Shown one piece after another: positions 8,615 through 17,848 of a DNA stretch of 64,000 nt. Where the stretch lies: contig JBBEAV010000015.1 in the NCBI GenBank assembly GCA_040882655.1, forward strand, positions 48,672-112,671. Direction: 5' to 3'. The position numbers and the translations under genes are program-made. The notes beneath the pieces were generated by a model. It was not told the DNA's origin. It made no database searches and saw only the letters and a list, made by a program, of their open reading frames with translations. The stretch's first letter is position 1, and each line of letters begins with the position of its first letter. The DNA is from Acidimicrobiales bacterium (GTDB taxonomy: Bacteria; Actinomycetota; Acidimicrobiia; Acidimicrobiales; Acidimicrobilacustridaceae).

Positions 8615-10074
8615 TCTGCGACCAATCGTTGGACAGAGCCGCTGCGAGTGAGGATGTACAACTCGCCTTGGCTGTCTTCGGCGAACGCCACGATTGAGTT
8701 CGCGCCGAGCCGGGGACCGATGGGCTTGTCGTCAAGCACAATTGCTTTACGTTGCAACAAACCCCGAACCGTTCCCGAGCAAAAATCACCGTAGATGTAA
8801 ACAGCCCGCATTTCAGTGATCGCGCCGCGGTACACAAAGCCTCCGATTACGGGACAGTCGGGGCTGGTTAACGGCGCGACGATAAGGGGGGCAGTGAGAG
8901 TAGACGGGGCTTTGTCGGGGGCCGGACCTGGTTCCTTCCCATCGAGATAGGGCCAGCCGAGGTTGGCGCCACTACCGCCTCCCTTAGAAACAGGCAGGTA
9001 ATCAATCTCGCTGAACTTCCCATGGCCGGCGTCGGCGACCCACATATTCCCGTTGGCGCGATCGAAACTAAATCGAAGGGGATTCTGTGCGCCAGTTGTC
9101 CAGATCTGCGGCGCGCCGCCACCTTTGGCGTAGGGATTGCCGGGTGGAATGCCGTAGGGGTCAGCGAGTGTCGCTCCACCGGGATCAATACGCAGGATCT
9201 TGCCGAGGAGCGAGTCTGGATTCTGCGCAAGATTCTCGGTGCCGCCCGTTGGTGCATCACCGACTCCGATATAGAGGAATCCGTCGTAACCCAACGTGAG
9301 TTGTCCTGAGTAGTTGGTCTCGCCCTCATGGGGGATGGAGAGAAGAACGCGTTTTGAAGCAGGGTCGACAAAGGGGGCAGGAATGACGGGAAGAACCTGC
9401 GTTGTACTGGTTGAGGGAGCGACGGTGGTCGTGGTCGTGGTTGCGGTTGTGGGCGGCGCCCCAGGAACGGTCGGGGCGGCGACAGGTGGAGCAGGTGGAG
9501 CAGGTGGAGCGGGAATTGTCACCGGCGGGGGAACGAGGTCAGTCACTGCCCAGGATGCAATAACTAGATCGCCATCCTTACTTACGTAACTCAAGAAGAG
9601 AGTTTGCGCGTCGCTGCTGAAGGCAATACCGAGAAGGCCTCGCTCTCCTTGCGTAGCGACATCTCTGGAAATGTTGAGAACTGGTACCGGGAATGTTTTG
9701 AATCCCTTGCGCTGTGTTTGCCCTAATTCAAGGTTCCACGAGGTCTCGATTTCGATGGCTGTCACGAGGCCTGAACGTTGACTTACCCAAAGTTGATTGC
9801 GTGCCGGCCGCGAAACGATGTTTGTCGCGTCACCGAATCCATCTGCGACCTCGGTGGCGCCCATCGTTTTGGTGATTGCTGTCGGCCCGGTTCCGGGGTC
9901 GACAGCGGTGGTTGGACTTGCTGGCCCCGATGAGTTGGGTTGCGAGGAGGTGGCTGGGGCCGAACATGCGAGTAAGGCGATTCCGAGAAGCAGCGAAAGC
10001 GCGCCGAAGATGGCTCGGCGAGCGAGACCGAGCCTGGTCTGGCCTGAATTGTGAGGGAAGTCTCGTGGGCCCAT
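8611..10074 (-). CDS. Lipoprotein with glucose/sorbosone (PQQ-type) dehydrogenase beta-propeller and Pro/Thr-rich insert
   Basis: Lipobox LLAC; GERGLLGIAF, DGFLYIGVGD, LLGKILRIDP, NPLRFSFD, GANLGWP, FAEDSQGELY. Confidence 0.8.
   Translation of the reverse strand: MGPRDFPHNSGQTRLGLARRAIFGALSLLLGIALLACSAPATSSQPNSSGPASPTTAVDPGTGPTAITKTMGATEVADGFGDATNIVSRPARNQLWVSQRSGLVTAIEIETSWNLELGQTQRKGFKTFPVPVLNISRDVATQGERGLLGIAFSSDAQTLFLSYVSKDGDLVIASWAVTDLVPPPVTIPAPPAPPAPPVAAPTVPGAPPTTATTTTTTVAPSTSTTQVLPVIPAPFVDPASKRVLLSIPHEGETNYSGQLTLGYDGFLYIGVGDAPTGGTENLAQNPDSLLGKILRIDPGGATLADPYGIPPGNPYAKGGGAPQIWTTGAQNPLRFSFDRANGNMWVADAGHGKFSEIDYLPVSKGGGSGANLGWPYLDGKEPGPAPDKAPSTLTAPLIVAPLTSPDCPVIGGFVYRGAITEMRAVYIYGDFCSGTVRGLLQRKAIVLDDKPIGPRLGANSIVAFAEDSQGELYILTRSGSVQRLVAE
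9483..9509. repeat. 9-bp tandem repeat (CAGGTGGAG x3) encoding a Pro/Ala tripeptide repeat
   Basis: Seen directly. It lies in the PAPPAPPAPP...TTTTTT linker of the dehydrogenase-like gene. Confidence 0.8.
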
Positions 10075-10134
10075 GGCGACATGAGGTTACTGACCTGGAT
10101 CCGCGTGCGGAGCGCAGGTTGATCAGGGCCAGAG

Positions 10135-10986
10135 TCAGCGGGGAGGGCGAATGAGGCCTTCTTGCACAACGGTGACGGCGAGCTGGCCTTCGCTCGTGAA
10201 CACTGAGCCGGTAGCGAAGGCACGACCGCTCGCGGCGCTAGGTGTTTCCTGGGCGTAAAGCAACCATTCGTCGGCCCGGAACGGACGGTGAAACCACATG
10301 GCGTGATCGAGGCTGGCCATAAAGACGTTGTCGATGGGCCCGAGCGCATGAGGCAGCAGGGCAGTGTCGAGAAGTGTCATATCGGACGCGTAGGTGAGCG
10401 CGCAGGTGTGCAGCACCGGATCGTTGGGCAGTGTGCCAGTGGCCTTCATCCAAATGCGCTGATAGGGCGGAAGTTCTCGATCTCGATCTTGCGGCGACCA
10501 GTCACAGTTGCGAAGATCGAAGGGCAGATCCATCTCGAATCGATGATCGTCGTGTTTGGCGGCAAAGTCGGCCCATCGCTCTTGAACAGTGGGGAGTGTC
10601 TCAGGTGCAGGCACATCGGGCCTTGTCGCTGAATGATCGAATCCGTCTTCAGGTACCTGGAACGAAGCCGAAAGACTGAATATGGCTCGGCCGTGCTGAA
10701 TTGCAGTGACGCGACGGGTGGTAAACGAAAGACCGTCGCGAATCCGCTGGACCTCGTAAAGAATAGGTACTCGTGAATCTCCGGGACGAAGGAAGTAGGC
10801 GTGCAACGAGTGGACGCGAGTTTCTGCTTCCACTGTGCGTGCTGCAGCGATGAGCGCTTGACCGGCCACCTGTCCGCCGAAGACTCGCTGTTGTTCCGAT
10901 GGGGGACTGATACCGCGAAACATATTGACTTCGATGGGTTCGAGATCGAGGAGGGTAAGGAGTGCGTCTACTGCGGCTTGAGTCAC
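10135..10986 (-). CDS. tesB: Acyl-CoA thioesterase II
   Basis: RVFGGQVAGQAL, VHSLHAYFLRPG, YASD, ASLDHAMWFHRP, VVQEGL. Confidence 0.95.
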   Translation of the reverse strand: MTQAAVDALLTLLDLEPIEVNMFRGISPPSEQQRVFGGQVAGQALIAAARTVEAETRVHSLHAYFLRPGDSRVPILYEVQRIRDGLSFTTRRVTAIQHGRAIFSLSASFQVPEDGFDHSATRPDVPAPETLPTVQERWADFAAKHDDHRFEMDLPFDLRNCDWSPQDRDRELPPYQRIWMKATGTLPNDPVLHTCALTYASDMTLLDTALLPHALGPIDNVFMASLDHAMWFHRPFRADEWLLYAQETPSAASGRAFATGSVFTSEGQLAVTVVQEGLIRPPR

Positions 10987-11066
10987 TTCTTCAATCTTTC
11001 ACATTCAGCGCGTTTTGTCAGGGGTGCTTCCGGCCTTCGACGGTTGGGGCCCGGTAAGGTCCACCG

Positions 11067-12251
11067 ATGGCTACAAACTTTCCGCAAAGTTTTCGTTGGG
11101 GTACAGCGACTGCCGCTCATCAGGTAGAGGGTGGCAACTGGAATAACGACTGGTGGGCATGGGAGCACACTCCGAATGGACCCTGCGAAGAACCCAGCGG
11201 CGATGCCATTGATCAGTTCCATCTCTATGACTCCGATATTGCGCTATGCGCAGCCCTCGGCTTCGATAACTATCGGTTTTCCATCGAATGGTCGCGAATC
11301 GAACCAGAACCGGGTGAGTTCTCGCAATCAGCATTAGATCATTATCGACGCGTCTTAGCGTCGTGCCATGCCCATGGCATCGAACCTGTCGTCACCTTTC
11401 ACCATTTCACGACACCGCGCTGGGTGGCCGCCGAAGGGGGCTGGCATACAGCGTCAACTGTCGATCGATTTCTTCGTTTCGCAGAAAAGTCAGTGAATCA
11501 TCTCGGTGACTTGATCGGCACCGCATGCACAATCAACGAACCGAATATTGTTTCGTTTGTTGGCTATCAGATGGGCTTCTTTCCACCGGGGTCGACCGAC
11601 GACGCAGAGTTCGCAGCGGCAAACACAAACTTTATTGATGCGCACCGTCGAGTCGTTCCGATTCTGAAAGGCGGACCGGGAGACTTTCCGGTTGGTTTGA
11701 CGCTGTCTATGGCGGACTATCAGGCAGTCCCTGCGGATGATTCCGATGCGATCGCTCGCCGAGATCAGATTCGTGCGGTGTCAGAAGATCAATTCCTAGA
11801 CATCGTTCGAGAGGACGACTTTCTCGGCGTGCAGGTCTATAGCCGCACGCGAGTTGGTCCGAACAGCGTGTTGGCTGGCGAAGACGGAGTTCCAACCCTT
11901 CCGATGGGTTACGAGTTCTGGCCCGAATCACTTGGCGCGTGTTTGCGACGTGCGTGGGACTACACCGGGGGTTCGGTTCCCTTACTCGTGACAGAAAACG
12001 GAATTGGTACCGATAACGATCCCCAACGAATCGAGTACGTGCAGCGTGCGCTCGAAGGTGTTTTGGCCTGCATTGACGAGGGAATTGATGTGCAGGGCTA
12101 CACCTACTGGAGTCTGATGGACAATTTTGAATGGGCTTTTGGTTATCGACCGCGATTTGGAATCATTGAGGTTGATCGTTCGACGCAACGTCGAACAGTG
12201 AAACCAAGTGGTGAATGGTTGAGCAAAATCGTTCGAGCAAACTCGTTGTAG
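11067..12251 (+). CDS. Glycoside hydrolase family 1 (beta-glucosidase-like)
   Basis: FRWGTATAAHQVEG, YRFSIEWSRI, TINEP (acid/base), VTENG (nucleophile), DNFEW. Confidence 0.95.
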   Translation: MATNFPQSFRWGTATAAHQVEGGNWNNDWWAWEHTPNGPCEEPSGDAIDQFHLYDSDIALCAALGFDNYRFSIEWSRIEPEPGEFSQSALDHYRRVLASCHAHGIEPVVTFHHFTTPRWVAAEGGWHTASTVDRFLRFAEKSVNHLGDLIGTACTINEPNIVSFVGYQMGFFPPGSTDDAEFAAANTNFIDAHRRVVPILKGGPGDFPVGLTLSMADYQAVPADDSDAIARRDQIRAVSEDQFLDIVREDDFLGVQVYSRTRVGPNSVLAGEDGVPTLPMGYEFWPESLGACLRRAWDYTGGSVPLLVTENGIGTDNDPQRIEYVQRALEGVLACIDEGIDVQGYTYWSLMDNFEWAFGYRPRFGIIEVDRSTQRRTVKPSGEWLSKIVRANSL

Positions 12252-12369
12252 CAGGGGTGAGAACGCAGAAACTGCTCGCTACAAGTGTGATCTGAACGGC
12301 AACTAGCATGACGTGGTTCGACTTTTCCACGTCGAAGTCTTTAAAGACAACACTTCCGACGGGGACGAA

Positions 12370-12993
12370 ATGATGGATTCCGTATTGAAAGCTTCGGCCG
12401 AGGCTGCCCGAGGATTTATGCCCCCCGATGAAGGCGTGGCGCTTCACGAGGCCGCCCTACTTGTTGCCGATGGCGCTGCTCCAATGCTTGAGATTGGCAG
12501 CTATTGCGGGAAGTCGGGGATCTATCTCGGGTCGGCTGCGAAAGAGCGCAACACCATCCTTTTTGCCCTCGATCATCATCGCGGTTCGGAAGAGAATCAG
12601 CCCGGCTGGGAATGGCATGAGCCCGATCTCGTGGATGTTGAAGTTGGTGTGATCGACACGCTGCCGCGATTCCGTCGCACAATTTTCGACGCAGGTCTCG
12701 AGGGAACCGTCGTCGCACTTGTGGGCGATTCGCCGACTGTTGGTTCGCGTTGGGCGATCTCGCTGTCGTTCTTGTTTATCGACGGCGGGCACGGTTCCGA
12801 GCCGGCTCATCGCGATTTCGAACTCTGGACACCGTGGATCGAAGCCGGGGGAATTCTCGCAATCCACGATGTATTTCCCGACCCCGCCGATGGCGGTCGT
12901 CCCCCGTATGAGATCTACTGCCGCGCCATCGAGTCCGGTGAGTTCATCGATATCTCAGCAACAGGTTCATTGCGGGTGTTACGTCGCGTCTGA
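12370..12993 (+). CDS. Class I SAM methyltransferase resembling MMP 1-O-methyltransferase MeT1
   Basis: GFMPPDEG, EIGSYCGKS, DHHRGSEENQPGWEWH, FIDGGH, HDVFPDPADGGRPP, TGSLRVL match the motif string I recall for mycobacterial MeT1. Start is ATG 12370 or 12373. Confidence 0.8.
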   Translation: MMDSVLKASAEAARGFMPPDEGVALHEAALLVADGAAPMLEIGSYCGKSGIYLGSAAKERNTILFALDHHRGSEENQPGWEWHEPDLVDVEVGVIDTLPRFRRTIFDAGLEGTVVALVGDSPTVGSRWAISLSFLFIDGGHGSEPAHRDFELWTPWIEAGGILAIHDVFPDPADGGRPPYEIYCRAIESGEFIDISATGSLRVLRRV

Positions 12994-13008
12994 ACGGCGG
13001 TAGGGCTA

Positions 13009-14097
13009 CTAATCAGTTCGGTCGCTGATTGAATCTTCAGCATCAATTTGAACTAACGGCGGAAGCGCGTCGTGGTCGATGAACAAGCCCGATGCGGGAG
13101 AAGTGCGGCTGAGTGCGTCGGCAGCGAGAATGATTGCCGCGTCGGTGTAGGTAGTGCGTTCGTCGGCCGGGAAGTGGACCTCATCGGGAAAGACAATTCC
13201 TGTCCAGTAGTGACCGTCTTCGCAACGCAACTGTTGGGCCCAACTGAACAGTGCAAGCGCATGATTGCGATTTCCAACTGAAAGTTCGGCGATGAGACAT
13301 TCGCAGGTTTCGGCAGCAGTGATCCACGGGCGGTCGCTAACGCAACGAACCCCTCGACCTTCGACAACAAAGGTTTCACGTCGTGCATCGAGGCGAGCGC
13401 GAGCTTCGGTGCGAGTGAGAACACCGCCAAGAACGGGGTAATACCAGTCCATAGCCCAACGGGCTTTCGGTGCGAATGCGTCAGGGGCATTACCCAAGCA
13501 GTGCTGACGAATGACGTGAGCCAAGCGAGCCGCGCTTAATTCCCAGTCGGGACGTTCGTGGCCAAGCAATTCGGCAATCGCAATTGCGCAACGCAAGCTA
13601 TGGCAGATACTGGAAGAACCTGTGAGAAGGGCGAATGACCACGGCGTGCCATCGGCATGCCGTGCCCACAAGATTTCGCCGCGGGGCGTTTGCAGATCAA
13701 GAATGAAATCAATCGCTTTCTCAACGACTGGCCACATGGTTTCCACAAACCCCGGATCGCGAACCACGAGCCAGTGGTGCCACACGCCAGCAGCGATGTA
13801 GGCAATCGTGTTGGCATCGAGTTTGTCCTGTTCGATTCCGTTCGCAAGGTAGTACTGATGCCAGGAGCCGTCATGACGCTGAATGTCGGCGAGCCACTGG
13901 TAGGCCAGTTCGGCTTCGGTACGCATGCCGGCAAGGTCAAGCGCCATTGCTGCTTCGATGTGATTCCACGGATCGGCGTGGCCCCCTGGGTACCAGAGAA
14001 CCATTCCGTTCGGCTCTTGCCAGTCGGCAATCGCTTCAGCGGTCTGGCGAACCTGCTCAGCAGTGATGATGTCGTCAACGGAAGGAATCTCGGTCAT
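13009..14097 (-). CDS. (alpha/alpha)6-barrel protein (often labelled prenyltransferase), MmpH-like mannoside hydrolase
   Basis: GHADPWNHIEAAMAL, YIAAGVWHH, ALLTGSSS, MDWYYPVLGG, PWITAAET; located in a GT4-methyltransferase cluster. Confidence 0.7.
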   Translation of the reverse strand: MTEIPSVDDIITAEQVRQTAEAIADWQEPNGMVLWYPGGHADPWNHIEAAMALDLAGMRTEAELAYQWLADIQRHDGSWHQYYLANGIEQDKLDANTIAYIAAGVWHHWLVVRDPGFVETMWPVVEKAIDFILDLQTPRGEILWARHADGTPWSFALLTGSSSICHSLRCAIAIAELLGHERPDWELSAARLAHVIRQHCLGNAPDAFAPKARWAMDWYYPVLGGVLTRTEARARLDARRETFVVEGRGVRCVSDRPWITAAETCECLIAELSVGNRNHALALFSWAQQLRCEDGHYWTGIVFPDEVHFPADERTTYTDAAIILAADALSRTSPASGLFIDHDALPPLVQIDAEDSISDRTD

Positions 14098-14840
14098 TTT
14101 GTACCTGACATTGCGGCGTATCGGATCGGCTTTGTTGCGTAGATAACCAGCGACTTACCTAACACGGGATTGAGTGCCTTCTCGGTGAGTCGGGTTAGCG
14201 GTGGAGCCGACATGATGTCCCACTCAAGAAACTTCGTGTAGGCCTTCACCGCAACGTTCGAGTCATTACGGGGGCCCACTGCACAGCGCAACCACCAATA
14301 GGGCGAGTGCAATGCATGGGCTCGGTGCGAACTGCTAGGAACAAGTCCTGCGCTCTTCATCTTTTGGCGAAGAGCGGCTTCGGAGTAGATGCGGACATGG
14401 CCGCCCTCAGATTTTGGGGCGTAGTACTCGTCTGAGAGTTTCCAACAGATTTTTTCAGGAAACTCGGCGGGAACGGTGATGGCAATGGTGCCACCGGGAC
14501 GGAGTACACGAATGAACTCGGAAAGCGCTGCAGCGTCATCGGGAACATGTTCCATAACTTCCGAGGCGATGATGCGATCAAAGGATGCGTCAGTGAAGGG
14601 AAGTTTTGTGCCATCGCCATTGACCGATGCGCATGAAATCGTTGGGGCGATTTCTCCGGCTTCCTTCATGGCGTAGGCAGTGTCGGCAACCTTTTGGAGC
14701 TCGGGTACCGCCATATCGCAGGCAACAACTCGTGCGCCGCGACGGAGTGCTTCGAAGGCGTGGCGACCAAAGCCACACCCCAAATCAAGGAGACGATCAC
14801 CGGGTCGTAACCCCAGCCGGTCGTAGTCAGCGGTAAGCAC
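14094..14840 (-). CDS. Class I SAM methyltransferase (putative MMP 3-O-methyltransferase)
   Basis: LLDLGCGFGRH, FDRIIASEVMEH, GGHVRIY, HALHSPYWWL, GKSLVIY; sits between the GT4 and the hydrolase. Confidence 0.8.
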   Translation of the reverse strand: MLTADYDRLGLRPGDRLLDLGCGFGRHAFEALRRGARVVACDMAVPELQKVADTAYAMKEAGEIAPTISCASVNGDGTKLPFTDASFDRIIASEVMEHVPDDAAALSEFIRVLRPGGTIAITVPAEFPEKICWKLSDEYYAPKSEGGHVRIYSEAALRQKMKSAGLVPSSSHRAHALHSPYWWLRCAVGPRNDSNVAVKAYTKFLEWDIMSAPPLTRLTEKALNPVLGKSLVIYATKPIRYAAMSGTK

Positions 14841-14843
14841 TTT

Positions 14844-16217
14844 TCAGGCCCCCGGCTGCGTGAGGCGCGAGCGTTGGAAACGCGGGGCAGCACCGGCACC
14901 GCCCGGACGTCGGGCTTGAATGTGAGCGGTTTCTGCGAGAAGAGCGCGGTAATGCTCGACAGTGCCTGTTGCGGTGTGACGCCATGTCCAGCGGTCGATG
15001 ACGCGCTGCCGGCCTGCGGCTCCGATGCGATCTCGAAGTTCGGGGTCGTCAAGGGCAATACGCAGCATTGCGGCGAGGGCTTCGCTGTCGCCGGGGGGAA
15101 CAACGAGTGCGGTCTCATTATGGTTACCAACAACCTCGGGTAGTGCTCCGCCAGTAGTGGCAACGAGAGGTACACCACAGCTCATTGCTTCGATAGCAGG
15201 AAGCGAGAAGCCTTCGTAGAGAGAAGGAACAACGGCAACTTGTGCTTCGGAATAAAGCTCGATGATTCTTTCTTCTGGCACACCGGTAATGAAAGTGACG
15301 GTGTCACGCAGGCCGAGTTCATCGATAATGCGTGCCGATGGCCCGCCCTCTTTGAGGCGTCCGATCACAACGAGTTCGATATGGCGTTCAGTGCGGAGTT
15401 TGGCGACTGCCTCAAGGAGATAGCGCAGACCCTTCATGGTGACATCAGCACTGGCGGTGGTAATCAACCGGCCAGGAATGCGCGAGACGCTCGGGATTGG
15501 CTTGAACAGTTCCTGATCAACACCTACTGGAACAACATGGAGCCTATCGAGGGGCACATTTTGGTCGGCGTGAATATCGGAGAGCGAATTTTGGGACACG
15601 GTGATCACGCGTGGCATGCGAGAGGCAACACGAGTTTGCATTTTGGTGAATCCGTACCAACGGCCCTTTGAAAAACGCTTCCACGCGGTTTCGGCGTGTT
15701 CCATTTCAAGACGGCGATCGACGGTGATGGGGTGATGGATGGTTGCGAGCACAGGCAGGCCATCGCGTTCCATGCCGAGCAGACCGTATCCAAGGCATTG
15801 GTTGTCTTGGACGAGATCGAACTCATTGATACGGCCATGAAGGTGCTTCCACGCTCGATAACTAAACGCAAGAGGCTCAGGGAATGAGCCAGCGATGAAC
15901 GTACCGACTTCGATGGCATCGCCAAGGTTCTTGATTTCGAACGGCATTGGTAATCGCATCGGGAACGCATCGTTGTAAATATCAAGACTTGGGAGTTCAA
16001 CGAGAGGGACTCGGGGATCAAGGACAGGAAAAGGCTGGCCGCCGAGCACTTCAACCTCGTGACCAAGGTCAACGAGGGCCTTTGTGAGGTGTCGGGTGTA
16101 CACGCCTTGACCGCCCACATGGGGTTTACCCCGATAGGTCAGGAAGGCGATGCGCAGAGGGAGCTCGCCATCAGCGGCAAGTTCGGTGCGCCCGGAGGAT
16201 GCGGGGCGGGAGGACAT
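14844..16217 (-). CDS. Glycosyltransferase family 4 (ManT-like mannosyltransferase)
   Basis: LRIAFLTYRGKPHVGGQGVY, FPEPLAFS, DNQCLGYG, TIHHPITVD, SLYEGFSLPAIEAM. Confidence 0.85.
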   Translation of the reverse strand: MSSRPASSGRTELAADGELPLRIAFLTYRGKPHVGGQGVYTRHLTKALVDLGHEVEVLGGQPFPVLDPRVPLVELPSLDIYNDAFPMRLPMPFEIKNLGDAIEVGTFIAGSFPEPLAFSYRAWKHLHGRINEFDLVQDNQCLGYGLLGMERDGLPVLATIHHPITVDRRLEMEHAETAWKRFSKGRWYGFTKMQTRVASRMPRVITVSQNSLSDIHADQNVPLDRLHVVPVGVDQELFKPIPSVSRIPGRLITTASADVTMKGLRYLLEAVAKLRTERHIELVVIGRLKEGGPSARIIDELGLRDTVTFITGVPEERIIELYSEAQVAVVPSLYEGFSLPAIEAMSCGVPLVATTGGALPEVVGNHNETALVVPPGDSEALAAMLRIALDDPELRDRIGAAGRQRVIDRWTWRHTATGTVEHYRALLAETAHIQARRPGGAGAAPRFQRSRLTQPGA

Positions 16218-16347
16218 GGGCTTTCAAGTTTCGTCGGGAATCTTGACAAAGGTCAAAAGAAGACCAGATCGTTCGCCATAGTGGGGATCGGGGGGCTTCT
16301 GGCGGGCCCATTCGCGGGGGTTGCGGCGGAGAAGCGGCGGGGGTTGC

Positions 16348-17844
16348 TCAGGCCGGCTGGCGAGGTTTGAGCCTTATTCGCAGTGCAGCAAACCTGTTAG
16401 TGGCAAACCACCACGAAACTGCAAGCAGTAGAACCGACAGCGCAATCACAGGAAATGGACCGATCACGGTTGCGATCGTGTCACCAGAGCGAAGTGCCAC
16501 CGGTTGTTGAAGAACAGCCTGTTCAGAAATCACTGTGCGCTGAACAACATCACCATTGGGAGTAACGATGGCGGAGAATCCAGTAGGGGCCGCTTGTAAG
16601 ACCCACCGGCCAGTTTCGATAGCGCGTAGTTGGCTTGATGCCACCTGCTGCGTCTGTACTTGAGTGAGCCAGTAACTCGAACCGTTGGTGGGATTGAGGA
16701 GAATCTGCCCGCCTTGCAACACGCCGTCTCGGCCGCGATTGGTGAAGAAGATTTCCCAAGAGATTGCAACAGCAAGTTCGCCTGCCGGGGTATGCAAGAT
16801 GGCAGGCCCGGTTCCTGCAACTGCATCACGAAGCGGGAGGCCACTGTTTTCGCCGGCAACAGTTTCGAGAACGCTGCGAAGCGGAACGTATTCACCGAAT
16901 GGCACCCGACGCACTTTGTCGTACCGCTCACCGCTCGAACCATCAGGTAGATAGACGATTGATGCATTAGTGAATCGTGATGGGCTGAGTCCTTCAGTGA
17001 TTCCAACAACGAGTGTGGTGTTGAGTTGCTGCGCTAGAGCAGACAGTTCGGTGTTCTCACGATTAGTGGCAATAGGACCCTCGATAGCAACAACATTCTC
17101 GGGCCACAGAACAAGATCGACAGGAGTGGTGACGAGAGAGGTTGCTTCCACATGACGATTGAAGACGTCGCGGGGGTCGGTCTCGTCTGCACGCGTCCCT
17201 TGCGGGCCTCCGCCTTGGACAACGGCGGCGGTTATCGCTCTGATGTCATGGCCATTCGGGGCAATGATCGCCAAGGCCCAAACAGCAACGACTCCGGCGA
17301 GGGCAAGCGAACCAATGAGATGGCGTCGTTCCCATAGCGCCGATAAGGCAATGCCAATAACGGCAACTGCAAACGTGACGCCGATGGCGCACAACACTCG
17401 AGCGATCTGGCCGAGGGGGGCGTTGGCTTGGCCCATGGATGTAGTTGCTAGTGGCACTCCTCCGAATGGAAAGGTGCATCTTGCGGCCTCTGCCAATGTG
17501 AAGGCTGCGGGAAGAGCAATCCATCGGACCCAAGAACGGGGACTGCGGCCGGGGATGAGAAGGCCGGCAATACCCACGTACGAGCCAAAGAGAACGACAG
17601 CTATGAGATATCCGGGGGTGGTGAGGTCAACCATCCACAACATGGCTGGTGCGAACCAACACATTGCAAAAACTGCCGAACGAAAAAAACGGGCGCGAGG
17701 TTTTGCGCCACGCAGGAGTCGATCCCAGATTGCGATACCGAGAAAGGCGAGAGGCCACCAACCCCAAGGAGGTACTGATGCCGCCAGGCAGAGGCCAGCC
17801 AACGCGGCGCGGAGGGTTGCTCGAAGAATGCGCGGGTTGATCAT
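16348..17844 (-). CDS. lnt: Apolipoprotein N-acyltransferase (Ser at the nucleophile position)
   Basis: N-terminal TMs, FPFGGVP, WPEN, YDKVRRVPFGEYVP, ISWE, RAIETGR, TGFSAIV. Confidence 0.9.
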   Translation of the reverse strand: MINPRILRATLRAALAGLCLAASVPPWGWWPLAFLGIAIWDRLLRGAKPRARFFRSAVFAMCWFAPAMLWMVDLTTPGYLIAVVLFGSYVGIAGLLIPGRSPRSWVRWIALPAAFTLAEAARCTFPFGGVPLATTSMGQANAPLGQIARVLCAIGVTFAVAVIGIALSALWERRHLIGSLALAGVVAVWALAIIAPNGHDIRAITAAVVQGGGPQGTRADETDPRDVFNRHVEATSLVTTPVDLVLWPENVVAIEGPIATNRENTELSALAQQLNTTLVVGITEGLSPSRFTNASIVYLPDGSSGERYDKVRRVPFGEYVPLRSVLETVAGENSGLPLRDAVAGTGPAILHTPAGELAVAISWEIFFTNRGRDGVLQGGQILLNPTNGSSYWLTQVQTQQVASSQLRAIETGRWVLQAAPTGFSAIVTPNGDVVQRTVISEQAVLQQPVALRSGDTIATVIGPFPVIALSVLLLAVSWWFATNRFAALRIRLKPRQPA

Positions 17845-17848
17845 TGGC

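Noticed and set aside
13009-14097. Terpene cyclase or prenyltransferase call for the (alpha/alpha)6 protein
   Set aside because: No DxDD or DDxxD motif, and the GT4/methyltransferase context favours a glycoside hydrolase.
14080-14097. Fourth copy of the PEHL motif at the hydrolase N-terminus (MTEIPSVDD)
   Set aside because: It shares only MTEIP and lacks the HLxxR core.
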